Positions 9,168 through 17,986 of a DNA stretch of 55,872 nucleotides are shown one piece after another. The translations under genes were made by a program, and so were the position numbers. The stretch is from positions 1 through 55,872 of the forward strand of contig JAQTSG010000001.1 of assembly GCA_028711415.1 (NCBI GenBank), read 5' to 3'. Numbering within the stretch: the first letter of the stretch is position 1; each line of letters starts with the position of its first letter. Below the pieces are notes generated by a model that saw nothing but the letters and a program-made list of their open reading frames with translations, was not told the origin of the DNA and did not search any database. Origin of the DNA: Patescibacteria group bacterium. Its GTDB lineage: Bacteria; Patescibacteriota; Patescibacteriia; Patescibacteriales; JAQTRU01.

Positions 9168-9935
9168 TTAGCGTCTAAAAATTTCTACCACCGAATCATG
9201 TAAATTTTTATTAGTGGCAATTATTGACGTGGTATCTTTTGCTACTTCGTTTCCATTGATATCTGTAACTTTGCCACCAGCTTCTTCAACTATGATTTTT
9301 AAAGCGGCAAAATCCCATATTTTTGTTTCCGCCTCAATCATAATATCAATTTTCCCTTGGGCTAATAAGTGATAGCACCAAAAATCGCCAATTCCTCTAT
9401 GTCCGCTAGTTTGTTTAGAAAGCTCTAATAGTGAATTAAGGTGGCCATGCTTATGAAAATATTTTATACCACCGAAACAAAAATATGAATCTGCTAAATT
9501 TTGAATGTTTGAAACATTGATACGCTTTTCCTGAAAAAATGCTCCTCTGCCCTTTTCGGCGAAAATCATTTCATTCATCGCGGGTGCGTTAGAAACACCT
9601 AAAATAATCTCTCCGTCCTCTAATAAAGCAATTTGTGTAGCGAAGAGGGGTATTTTCCGTGTGTAGTTTTTTGTTCCATCAATTGGGTCAATAATCCATT
9701 GATACCCTGAATTAACATTGTCATTTCCCGATTCTTCGCCGAAAAAGGCATGGTCAGGAAAAGAGTTTTTGATTGTTTCTATGATAACTTTCTCAGCTTG
9801 TGTATCCGCAATAGTGATAGGCGATCGGTCAGACTTTTTTTGCCACGTCAAATCATCGGAATAATATTTCATGATAATTTCTTCCGCATTTTTTGCCGCT
9901 TTAATTGCAACTAATAAAAATTTACTTTTATCCAT
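9168..9935 (-). CDS. Inositol monophosphatase family protein (SuhB/HisN-like)
   Basis: FGEESG, WIIDPIDGTKNY and WDFAA motifs. Confidence 0.85.
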   Translation of the reverse strand: MDKSKFLLVAIKAAKNAEEIIMKYYSDDLTWQKKSDRSPITIADTQAEKVIIETIKNSFPDHAFFGEESGNDNVNSGYQWIIDPIDGTKNYTRKIPLFATQIALLEDGEIILGVSNAPAMNEMIFAEKGRGAFFQEKRINVSNIQNLADSYFCFGGIKYFHKHGHLNSLLELSKQTSGHRGIGDFWCYHLLAQGKIDIMIEAETKIWDFAALKIIVEEAGGKVTDINGNEVAKDTTSIIATNKNLHDSVVEIFRR

Positions 9936-9997
9936 CGAAGTGTTTTATTTTTTCTTTAAAATAAGGTAAAATATTTATATAAATATTATAGAATTAA

Positions 9998-11119
9998 ATG
10001 AGGTATATGTCAAAGAAAGTTGCCATAGTAATTAGCCCGAATTGGCGGGATTACGCGGAAAAATATCTAGCGGATTGTCTGGAAAGCTTAAGGAAGCAGA
10101 ATTGGGCTGGCGAGTCCAAGATTTTTTTGATTGATAATGAAACCGGCGAGGAAAGTTTTGGTTTATTAAAAAAAATTGTAGAGACGCAAAATCCCCCTGC
10201 CCCCCTCCTGTCTGCGCAGGCAGGTTATCAAGGGGGGGATGTTGAGATTATCAGGAATAAAAATAATGACGGGTTTGCCAAAGGCAATAACGGGGCGATA
10301 GAACTGGCTTTGGAGCAAGGTTTTGATTATGTCGTTTTATTTAACATGGACGCGATAGTTGAAAAAAACTGCGTGAGTGAATTGGTAAAAACCGCGGAAA
10401 GCGATGAAAGAATCGGAGCGGTGCAGGCGCGGCTGATGCTTTGGCCGGAGAAAGAAAAGATAAATAGTTTGGGGAATGCTACGCATTTTCTCGGTTTCGG
10501 CTATTGTATAGGTTATGGGGGAAAAATTGAAAATTTAAAATTGAAAATTGAAAATTCAATCTGCTATCCTTCGGGGGCGGCGGTGCTTTTTAAAGCTGAA
10601 ATTCTAAAGAAAGTTGGGTTATTTGACGAAGAATTCTGGATGTATAACGAAGACCAGGATTTGGGCTGGCGGATCTGGCTGGCTGGTTATAAATGCGTTT
10701 TGGCGCCCGAGGCCGTGGTTTACCACAAATACGAATTTGCCAAGTCTATCAGACAATATTATTGGATGGACAGAAACCGAATCTTGGCAATTTTGAAAAA
10801 TTATCGGCTGCCCACTTTGGTTTTAATTTTTCCGGCATTTTTGGTTATGGAGTTTGGCTTATTATTATTTTCAATAAAGACCGGTTGGTTCAAGGAGAAA
10901 TTGAAAATTTATAAATATTTTTTAACTCCGAAAAATTGGGCGTATATTTTAAAAGTGAGGCGAAAAACGCAAAGCTTGCGTAAGGTTAAAGACAGGGATA
11001 TAGTAAAGATGTTTACGGGGAAAATATGGTATCAGGAGATAGGGGATTGGAAGTTAAAATTAGTTAACCCAGTGTTTCAAGCTTATTGGTGGGCGATGAG
11101 GAAGATAATCTTTTGGTAA
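9998..11119 (+). CDS. Family 2 glycosyltransferase (rhamnosyltransferase-like) carrying two repeat-derived in-frame segments
   Basis: IDNETGE, NNDGFAKGNN, EDQDLGWR motifs; the start may be 10007 instead. Confidence 0.8.
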   Translation: MRYMSKKVAIVISPNWRDYAEKYLADCLESLRKQNWAGESKIFLIDNETGEESFGLLKKIVETQNPPAPLLSAQAGYQGGDVEIIRNKNNDGFAKGNNGAIELALEQGFDYVVLFNMDAIVEKNCVSELVKTAESDERIGAVQARLMLWPEKEKINSLGNATHFLGFGYCIGYGGKIENLKLKIENSICYPSGAAVLFKAEILKKVGLFDEEFWMYNEDQDLGWRIWLAGYKCVLAPEAVVYHKYEFAKSIRQYYWMDRNRILAILKNYRLPTLVLIFPAFLVMEFGLLLFSIKTGWFKEKLKIYKYFLTPKNWAYILKVRRKTQSLRKVKDRDIVKMFTGKIWYQEIGDWKLKLVNPVFQAYWWAMRKIIFW

Positions 11120-11207
11120 ATTTTCAATTAACAATTATCAATTTTCAAACAATTTTCAATGATTAAATTTTTAATTCTAAACGTACGGAATTGAAAATTA
11201 AAAATTG
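11119..11207. repeat. AT-rich heptamer-word inverted repeat (AAATTGA/TCAATTT word)
   Basis: TTTTCAATT...TTCAAACAATTTTCAAT ... GAATTGAAAATTAAAAATTG. Confidence 0.8.
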
Positions 11208-11212
11208 CCTTC

Positions 11213-12013
11213 ATGGATATAAGCATCATAATTTTAAACTATAAAAGCCGGGGGCTTACTTTAAACTGCGTTAAATCAATTAAGGAGGCGGATTTTAGCA
11301 ATTTAAGATATGAAATAATCGTCGTGGATAATAATTCTGATGATGGTATTGGTGAAATTTTGGCCTGGCAGTATCCGGAGATTAAATTTATTCAGAACAA
11401 GAAAAATTTAGGTATGGGCGCGGGTAATAATGTCGGCCTAAAAAAATCGGAAGGAAAATATATGGTGGTAATGAACCCAGACACGATAGCTTTTCCGGAT
11501 ACTTTCAGGAAGATGCATGAGTTTATGGAAGCTAACTCCGAAGTCGGCCTGGCCGGCCCGAAGCAGTTTTATCCGGACCGGTCTGTTCAAAATTCCTGCT
11601 ATCGGTGGTATAATTTACTTACACCGGTTTACCGACGCACGCCCTTAGGAAAGTTTAAGTTCGCGCGAAGAGATGTGGCCAGATTTTTAATGAAAGATTT
11701 TGATCACAATGAAAAGAGGGAAGTGGATTGGCTTTTGGGCTCATTTTTATTCTGCCGCCGGGCTTGCCTTGACCAGATTGGACTTTTTGACGAAAGGTTT
11801 TTTATGTATTTTGAAGATACTGATCTTTGCCGTCGGGCTTCAAGCCGGGGCTGGAAAGTGGTGTACTATCCGGAAAGCCAGATTATTCATAATCACAAAA
11901 GGGAAAGCGCGGAAACGCTCTGGTATAAATTTCTCTGGAATAAGACAAGCCGGACGCATATCATTTCCTGGCTGAAGTATTTGAAGAAATGGAGGAACGC
12001 GCATAACGCATAA
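11213..12013 (+). CDS. Family 2 glycosyltransferase
   Basis: MDISIIILNYK, VVDNNSDDG, VMNPDT, YFEDTDLC motifs; the stop codon lies inside the first GCATAAC repeats. Confidence 0.85.
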   Translation: MDISIIILNYKSRGLTLNCVKSIKEADFSNLRYEIIVVDNNSDDGIGEILAWQYPEIKFIQNKKNLGMGAGNNVGLKKSEGKYMVVMNPDTIAFPDTFRKMHEFMEANSEVGLAGPKQFYPDRSVQNSCYRWYNLLTPVYRRTPLGKFKFARRDVARFLMKDFDHNEKREVDWLLGSFLFCRRACLDQIGLFDERFFMYFEDTDLCRRASSRGWKVVYYPESQIIHNHKRESAETLWYKFLWNKTSRTHIISWLKYLKKWRNAHNA

Positions 12014-12128
12014 CGCATAACGCATAACGCATAACGCATAACGCATAACGCATAACGCATAACGCATAACGCATAACGCATAACGCATAACGCATAACGC
12101 ATAACGCATAACGCATAACGCATAACGC
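12001..12128 (+). repeat. Tandem heptanucleotide microsatellite (GCATAAC) x18
   Basis: Counted directly: 18 perfect units 12001-12126 plus a partial unit. Confidence 0.95.
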
Positions 12129-12202
12129 TCTTCTTCCTTAAAAGGTTTTTGAAAAAATAATTTTCTAATACCTATCATCTAACACCTAACATCTAAAAAA
12201 TT

Positions 12203-13066
12203 ATGCAAAAAATAAAAAAAGCCATTGTAGCGGTGGCTGGTTCAGGGACGCGTCTCCTGCCCGCCACTAAAACCATGCCTAAGGAAATGCTGCCGATTGT
12301 GGATAAACCAATTGTCCAGCTTGTGGTTGAGGAATTAGTGGCCGGTGGAATTGAGGATATAATTTTAATAACGAAATGGGATAAAAAACCTTTGGAAGAC
12401 CATTTTGACCATAGTTGGGCGCTTGAGCAGGATTTGGAGAAGTCGGGCAAAACTAAACTTTTAAAAGAGATTGTGAGACTGTCAGAAATGGCGAATTTTA
12501 TTTATGTTCGCCAAAAAGGTCCGTACGGAAATGGTACGCCGGTTTTGTCCGCCGCCAGTTTGGTGGATGATGAGCCGTTTATGTATGTCTGGGGAGATGA
12601 TTTGGTTGACGCAAAAGTGTCATTTACCAAGCAGATGATAAAAGATTATGAAAAAAGCGGGCACTTAATGATTGGCGTGCAGGAAGTGCCAAGAGAGGAA
12701 GTGTCCCGCTATGGCATTGTTAAATTAAAAGGTAAAACCATGCAGATAGAAGATATTATTGAAAAGCCGTCGGTTGAGGAAGCGCCCTCGCGGTTGGCTG
12801 ATTTCGGCCGCATGATTTTAGACCAGGATATAATAGACATTTTGCGAAAGACCCCGCTGGGCAAAGGCAATGAGCTTTGGATCGTTGACGCGATAAGGAA
12901 GTACGTAAAGGCGGGCGGGAAATTTTACGCTAAAAAAATCATGGACGGGGAGTGGCTTACTACCGGAGACCCGTTAAATTATTTCAAAGCGAATTTAAGA
13001 TATGGCCTGAAAGACAAAGAAATCGGGAAAGACTTAAAAGAATACATAAGAGGGCTGAAACTATAA
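12203..13066 (+). CDS. galU: UTP-glucose-1-phosphate uridylyltransferase
   Basis: AVAGSGTRLLPATKTMPKEMLPIVDKP N-terminal signature. Confidence 0.9.
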   Translation: MQKIKKAIVAVAGSGTRLLPATKTMPKEMLPIVDKPIVQLVVEELVAGGIEDIILITKWDKKPLEDHFDHSWALEQDLEKSGKTKLLKEIVRLSEMANFIYVRQKGPYGNGTPVLSAASLVDDEPFMYVWGDDLVDAKVSFTKQMIKDYEKSGHLMIGVQEVPREEVSRYGIVKLKGKTMQIEDIIEKPSVEEAPSRLADFGRMILDQDIIDILRKTPLGKGNELWIVDAIRKYVKAGGKFYAKKIMDGEWLTTGDPLNYFKANLRYGLKDKEIGKDLKEYIRGLKL

Positions 13067-13140
13067 TTTATATCGCATATCACCAATCGCATAATCATAA
13101 CAAAAAAGGCGTCCCAAAAGGATGCTCTTTTTTAATTTAA

Positions 13141-13262
13141 AATTTCTAATTTTAAATTTTCAAACAATTTTCAATTTTTTAATTTTCAAAACTTGGGGAA
13201 ATTTAAAAATTAGAAATTGAGTCATTAAAAATTGTTTAGAAATTGAAAATTGTAAATTAGAA
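13141..13262. repeat. AT-rich heptamer-word inverted repeat (AAATTGA word)
   Basis: Left arm ...TTTTCAAACAATTTTCAAT..., right arm ...ATTGTTTAGAAATTGAAAATTG... Confidence 0.8.
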
Positions 13263-13281
13263 GTTATTTGCCATATGGCGA

Positions 13282-14718
13282 TTATTGTATCTCCAGTTTA
13301 TATAGTCCTTCCTGGTTTCCGATTTTGGCGCCGAAATAGAGGATTTCTCCTTCCGGGTCAAGGGAGAGGGAATAAATTTTTTCCACTTTTATCAGTTCGG
13401 TTGTATTTCTTTTTTCCCTCTCATCAAGCTCAATCATATTGATAGTTTTGTCCGTAGAATAAATTACATAATTTTTACTGGGATGCCAGAGCACATCAGC
13501 AATCGTTTCGCTGATTCTGGTTAGGATTTTTTTATTGGCTTTACCCAAGAGAGAAGCGCTTGAGTCCATATCAAGAAGCCAGATTTCAAAGTCATTGGCG
13601 TAAAGGAGCTTGTTGTCGTCAAGCCACTCGGAATATTTTAAATTATTTACGATTTCTTTTATGGGGTTGATGAGGGCGAAAGGGTCAATTAAATAAAGAA
13701 GCTCGTGGTCGCTGTCATAGAGATTAATAAGGTTATGGCCGGGATTTATCAGGCGGTAGGCGGCGGAGAAAGGAAGGTTTATTTCTTTTGTCACTTCCTT
13801 ATTTTTTAAAGAAATTCCTTTTAATTTTAAAGTTCGGTTTATTCCGGAAATGGAGAAAATATAATCATTCTTTACCAGATAATCATAATAATCTTCCCCC
13901 TCGGCCAGAATTTTTCTGATTTTAGTGTTTAAATCAAGGTAGCCGATGGAGTTGGCGGATTGATAGTAAATAGTATTGCTATCCGCCCCCCATTTAAAAT
14001 TATTTACCTGTTTGCCGAGAAGATCATTTAAGTAAATTGTTTTGTCTCCATTTTTTAAATCAAAAATAACTCTTCCGGCAATAATTTTGGCGCTGTCCGG
14101 CGACCAGATAATCGGCGAGGTTGGTTCAAATCTTACTTTGAGGGAAGAGAGATCAACAAAGGAGAGAATATTGCCGCCGGTTTCCGCGATAGAAATTTTT
14201 TTCTCATTGAGAATGAAAAAGTATCTTTTGTTCGGCGATTGTTCGACCCTTCTTAGGGGCAGGCGGGAAAAGTTATCTTCTTCCGGAATAAGGTTAGCTA
14301 TTTGCAGAGGCAGGTCTTTTTTAAATAAATAAACGTCTTCGGCGTAAGTCGCCTGGCCCGGCTCAACCGTCAATTTTTTCTCCCACGGCCAGTAGCCGGG
14401 AAGTTCCAGTCTTATATTATATTCCCCAGGCAGGAAATTTTTTATTTTAGCCGGTGTTTTTATGTAGCTTTGCTCTTTGTTGAAAAATTTTTTAAAAAAT
14501 AATTGGCTGGGTTTGTTATCTATAAAAATTTTCGCGCCGCGCGGAGAAGTATCAAAAATAAACATTCCGGTTTTCTGCAGGGAATTGCTAAAACTAGGCG
14601 GCCAGCCTAATTTTATTTTGTAGCCGGACGCGTAAAGGATAAGCCAGGGGGTAGCGACAAAAAAGATGATAACAAAAAAAAGAAAAAGAATTCGACGTAT
14701 TCTAAGAGTCATAAGCAT
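13282..14718 (-). CDS. Membrane-anchored PEGA-domain / beta-propeller-like protein
   Basis: N-terminal TM; PEGA-like TSPRGAKIFIDNKP...LPGEYNIRLELPGYWPWEKKLTVEPGQ; the remainder is repeat-like beta-rich sequence. Confidence 0.65.
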   Translation of the reverse strand: MLMTLRIRRILFLFFVIIFFVATPWLILYASGYKIKLGWPPSFSNSLQKTGMFIFDTSPRGAKIFIDNKPSQLFFKKFFNKEQSYIKTPAKIKNFLPGEYNIRLELPGYWPWEKKLTVEPGQATYAEDVYLFKKDLPLQIANLIPEEDNFSRLPLRRVEQSPNKRYFFILNEKKISIAETGGNILSFVDLSSLKVRFEPTSPIIWSPDSAKIIAGRVIFDLKNGDKTIYLNDLLGKQVNNFKWGADSNTIYYQSANSIGYLDLNTKIRKILAEGEDYYDYLVKNDYIFSISGINRTLKLKGISLKNKEVTKEINLPFSAAYRLINPGHNLINLYDSDHELLYLIDPFALINPIKEIVNNLKYSEWLDDNKLLYANDFEIWLLDMDSSASLLGKANKKILTRISETIADVLWHPSKNYVIYSTDKTINMIELDEREKRNTTELIKVEKIYSLSLDPEGEILYFGAKIGNQEGLYKLEIQ

Positions 14719-14724
14719 TTTAAA

Positions 14725-14910
14725 CTCTAAATCCTAATATCTAAATTCTAAACAAATCCAAAATTCTCACCGCCTCGGCGGGATCCCGCCCCCCTATAAA
14801 TTTTATAGTAATGTGGCGGGAAAATTACCAAATTTTCAAAAAAATTTTTGGATTTTTGTCATTTGAGAATTTGATATTGTTTAGGATTTAGGATTTAGGG
14901 CTTAGGATTT
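14725..14910. repeat. Long imperfect inverted repeat (AAATCCT word) enclosing a GC-rich double hairpin
   Basis: Left arm CTCTAAATCCTAATATCTAAATTCTAAACAAATCCAAAATTCTC; right arm GAGAATTTGATATTGTTTAGGATTTAGGATTTAGGGCTTAGGATTT. Confidence 0.85.
14768..14825 (+). repeat. CACCGC-hairpin element, copy a
   Basis: CACCGCCTCGGCGGGATCCCGCC-N22-GTGGCGGGAAAAT. Confidence 0.85.
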
Positions 14911-16180
14911 ACAAATTGAGGGTTCCAATTCTTTTAATATCGGCACCAAGGGCGCGCAGCCGTCCGTCAATATCTTCATAGCCCCGGTCTATCTGGTAAA
15001 TGTTGTCAATTTCCGTCTGGCCGGAAGCGATCAAAGCGGCGATTAAGATGCCGATGCCGGCCCGCAAATCCGGGCTGGTAAGTTTTTTCCCGAAAAGTCT
15101 GGCCGGGCCGTTAACAACCACGCGGTGCGGGTCGCACATCATAATATCAGCGCCCATCTGCGTAAGGTTATCAACGTAAAGGAGGCGGCGGTCATAAATC
15201 GTTTCATGGATCAGGCAGGAACCGGCCGCTTGCGTCATAAGAACCGTATAAGGCGGCTGCAGGTCGGTCGGGAAACCGGGGTATTCATGAGTTTTAATGC
15301 TATAAGGTTTTATTTTCTTAGCTTCTTTAATTTTCAAAAAGTCTTTGCCAATCTCAAAAGGCACGCCGATTTTATCAAAAATAGAAAGAAGCGCCCGCAC
15401 ATGTTCCGGTTCGCAATCGGTAATGGTAATATTGGATTTAGTGGCCGCGGCCATGATAGCAAAAGAGCCGGTTTCAATGCGGTCTGGGATTATTTTAAAA
15501 TCGCCGGCGCTGATTTTTTCCACTCCTTCTACGGTAATAGTCGGCGTGCCCGCGCCTTTAATTTTTGCTCCTTGTCCATTCAGGTAATCAGCCAGCGCCT
15601 TAATTTCCGGTTCCATAGCGCAGTTTTTTAAGACCGTGGTGCCTTGAGCTAAAACCGCTGTCATCATTAGACTTTCCGTGGCCGTCACGCTTATAATCGG
15701 AAAGAAAGAATTACAACCCTTTAATTTTTTCGCTTTCAGGTGATAATAATTGTCGCTTACTTCAATTTCAGCGCCTAAACATTTAAAGCCGTCCAAAAAC
15801 AAATCAATCGGCCGGCCGCCGGCGCCGATAACGCAGCCGCCGGGATGGGGAAACCTTACCTCGCCGAACCTGGCTAAAATCGGGCCGACAAACATTATTG
15901 AAGCCCTGAATTTATTGGCAAATTCCGGGTTAAGCTCAAATTTGTTAATATTGGCAGTAGAAATTTCCAGACGGTCTCCCTGCCAGTCTGTTTCCGCGCC
16001 CAGGTCAAGAAGAAGATGCAGGGCTTTATCTATATCCTCAATCTTAGGCAGGTTGGAGATGGAGATTTTTTCCCTGGAAAGAATGGCCGCGGGAATAATC
16101 TTCAGAGCGGCATTTTTAGCTCCTTTTACCCTTATGGCTCCGGCTAATTTTTTTCTTCCTTCAATTATGAATTTTGACAT
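14909..16180 (-). CDS. murA: UDP-N-acetylglucosamine 1-carboxyvinyltransferase
   Basis: 423 aa; KNAALKI, active-site loop HPGGCVIGAGGRPID, C-terminal YEDIDGRLRALGA. Confidence 0.95.
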   Translation of the reverse strand: MSKFIIEGRKKLAGAIRVKGAKNAALKIIPAAILSREKISISNLPKIEDIDKALHLLLDLGAETDWQGDRLEISTANINKFELNPEFANKFRASIMFVGPILARFGEVRFPHPGGCVIGAGGRPIDLFLDGFKCLGAEIEVSDNYYHLKAKKLKGCNSFFPIISVTATESLMMTAVLAQGTTVLKNCAMEPEIKALADYLNGQGAKIKGAGTPTITVEGVEKISAGDFKIIPDRIETGSFAIMAAATKSNITITDCEPEHVRALLSIFDKIGVPFEIGKDFLKIKEAKKIKPYSIKTHEYPGFPTDLQPPYTVLMTQAAGSCLIHETIYDRRLLYVDNLTQMGADIMMCDPHRVVVNGPARLFGKKLTSPDLRAGIGILIAALIASGQTEIDNIYQIDRGYEDIDGRLRALGADIKRIGTLNL

Positions 16181-16192
16181 ATTTTAAAAATA

Positions 16193-16246
16193 TCACCGCT
16201 TCAGCGGGATCCCGCCTTCATAAGTTTAATATAGTGGCGGGAAAAT
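16193..16246 (+). repeat. CACCGC-hairpin element, copy b
   Basis: TCACCGCTTCAGCGGGATCCCGCC-N18-GTGGCGGGAAAAT. Confidence 0.85.
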
Positions 16247-16397
16247 AATAAAATAACAAAAAATTATGTTTATATCATAGCTCATATTTAATAAAATTTC
16301 AACTTGTTGTCAATTTTGTTCGTTGGGAGTAAAATATAGAAGAATTATTAATATAGATAATTTGTAAATTTGTGATGAATTTGTAATTTGTAATGTT

Positions 16398-17249
16398 ATG
16401 TTTATAGATACTCATGCCCATGTTAATTTTAGCGCTTTTAGCCAAGATGCCGATGAGGTAATCCGCCGCTCTTTGGCTGGCGATACCTGGATGATTTTGG
16501 CCGGGTCGGAGTATAAAACTTCAAGGAAGGGTCTGGACTATGCTAATAAATATGAAAAAGGAGTTTATGCCGCGGTCGGTTTGCATCCGATTCACCTTGA
16601 TGATCTGATGGTTGAGAATGACGATGAAAATGGAGAATACAGCTTTCGGGCAAAAGCCGAGGAATTTAATTATGACAATTATGAAAAATTGGCTAAATTT
16701 GAAAAAGTGGTGGCGATCGGCGAAATCGGTCTGGATTATTACCATATAAATTTAGCCGGTGATGTTTCCGCCATAAAGAAAAAGCAGCGGGAGATTTTTA
16801 AAGAGCAGCTGGTCCTTGCCCAAAATCTCGGTTTGCCGGTTATTATTCATTGCCGCCAGGCCCATGACGATATGCTTTCCGTTTTATCCGATTTTAAAAA
16901 GGAACATAAGGATATGGTTCCGTCCGGCCGGCCTTGGGGAGTAATGCATTGTTTTTCCGGGGACGAAGACCTGGCCTGGAAATATTTTTCTCTCGGCCTG
17001 ATTATTTCTTTTACCGGCTTAATAACTTTTAGCAAGCGTTGGGATGATTTAATCCGAAAAATGCCGCCGGAAAAATTTATGATAGAAACCGATTGCCCTT
17101 ATATGACCCCGGAGCCCTACCGCGGGAAGCGCAATGAGCCGCTTTTGGTTAAATATGTAGCGGGCAGGATCGGAGAGATAAGAAATATAAGTTCGGAGCG
17201 GGTAGGGGAAATTACGACGGAAAACGCGAGAGAATTTTTTAATATCTGA
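16398..17249 (+). CDS. TatD family metal-dependent hydrolase
   Basis: FIDTHAHVNF start, GEIGLDYY, VIIHCR, ETDCPYMTP motifs. Confidence 0.9.
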   Translation: MFIDTHAHVNFSAFSQDADEVIRRSLAGDTWMILAGSEYKTSRKGLDYANKYEKGVYAAVGLHPIHLDDLMVENDDENGEYSFRAKAEEFNYDNYEKLAKFEKVVAIGEIGLDYYHINLAGDVSAIKKKQREIFKEQLVLAQNLGLPVIIHCRQAHDDMLSVLSDFKKEHKDMVPSGRPWGVMHCFSGDEDLAWKYFSLGLIISFTGLITFSKRWDDLIRKMPPEKFMIETDCPYMTPEPYRGKRNEPLLVKYVAGRIGEIRNISSERVGEITTENAREFFNI

Positions 17250-17284
17250 TTAGCAATATGAATTATTTGTTATAGATTCGTTTT

Positions 17285-17380
17285 ATTACAAATCTACAAA
17301 TTATTTCACAAATTCACAAATACCGAGTAGATTCTTTTTGCTAGAATTTGTATATTTGTAATAGATTTGTAATTTGTAAT
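17285..17380. repeat. AT-rich heptamer-word inverted repeat (TTTGTAA word)
   Basis: ATTACAAATCTACAAATTATTTCACAAATTCACAAATA ... AATTTGTATATTTGTAATAGATTTGTAATTTGTAAT. Confidence 0.85.
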
Positions 17381-17382
17381 CA

Positions 17383-17568
17383 TTGTGGATATCTGATGTT
17401 GACTTAAAAAATTTTGTTTGTTAAGATATGATTGATTCTGGAAGAAATCGTATAAATTAAATAAAAACAGTTTTTTGTTTCCTTGTCATACCTCTTAGCC
17501 GGATTATGTCCGGAATAACTAGGGGGTTAATTTTTGTTTTTAAGAAAAATATTTTTTTGTGGGTGGGG
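17383..17568 (+). repeat. Direct repeat copy 1 (atp promoter + leader)
   Basis: Near-identical to 17987-18175, offset 604 bp. Confidence 0.9.
17399..17427 (+). promoter_or_regulatory. Promoter TTGACT-17-TAAGAT (atp P1)
   Basis: Direct read inside repeat copy 1. Confidence 0.65.
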
Positions 17569-17701
17569 GGATGGTTATAAAGCATTAACCCCGTCAGAAA
17601 TTTCTTAATTAGTTAGCTAGAAAAAATAATAAAATAATTAATTCTATAATTCTCGATTTTTTAAAAATAATCGAAAATTAAGAATTGAAAATTAATTTAA
17701 T

Positions 17702-17929
17702 ATGGACGCAGAAACTTTGAGACATTTATCCGCCGCGGTTGCCATCGGTCTCGGTGCCATCGGCCCCGGTATCGGAGAAGGTAATGTGGCTAGCCGGGCC
17801 TTAGAAGCTATTGGTCGCAATCCGGAAGCGGCTAGTAAAATTACGCCCGTGACATTCATTACTATGGCTATTATTGAATCGGTTGCTATTTATGCCTTAG
17901 TCGTTGCTTTGATTATTCTTTTTTCTTAG
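17702..17929 (+). CDS. atpE: F0F1 ATP synthase subunit c, paralogue 1
   Basis: 75 aa hairpin protein; GRNPEA loop, ion-binding Glu in AIIESVAIY. Confidence 0.9.
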   Translation: MDAETLRHLSAAVAIGLGAIGPGIGEGNVASRALEAIGRNPEAASKITPVTFITMAIIESVAIYALVVALIILFS

Positions 17930-17986
17930 AAGATAGAGTTATAAAGGGATTTTTGGCCGGTAAAATATCCGTAGTTTGTAGCCCAG

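Noticed and set aside
12001-12128. Possible CRISPR array
   Set aside because: The unit length is 7 nt with no spacers, and no cas genes are in the window. It is a microsatellite.
11840-12178. Minus-strand ORFs of 112 and 76 aa reading MRYALCVMRYALCV...
   Set aside because: They are simply the GCATAAC microsatellite translated on the opposite strand. The repetitive peptide has no start signals and overlaps the end of the GT2 gene.
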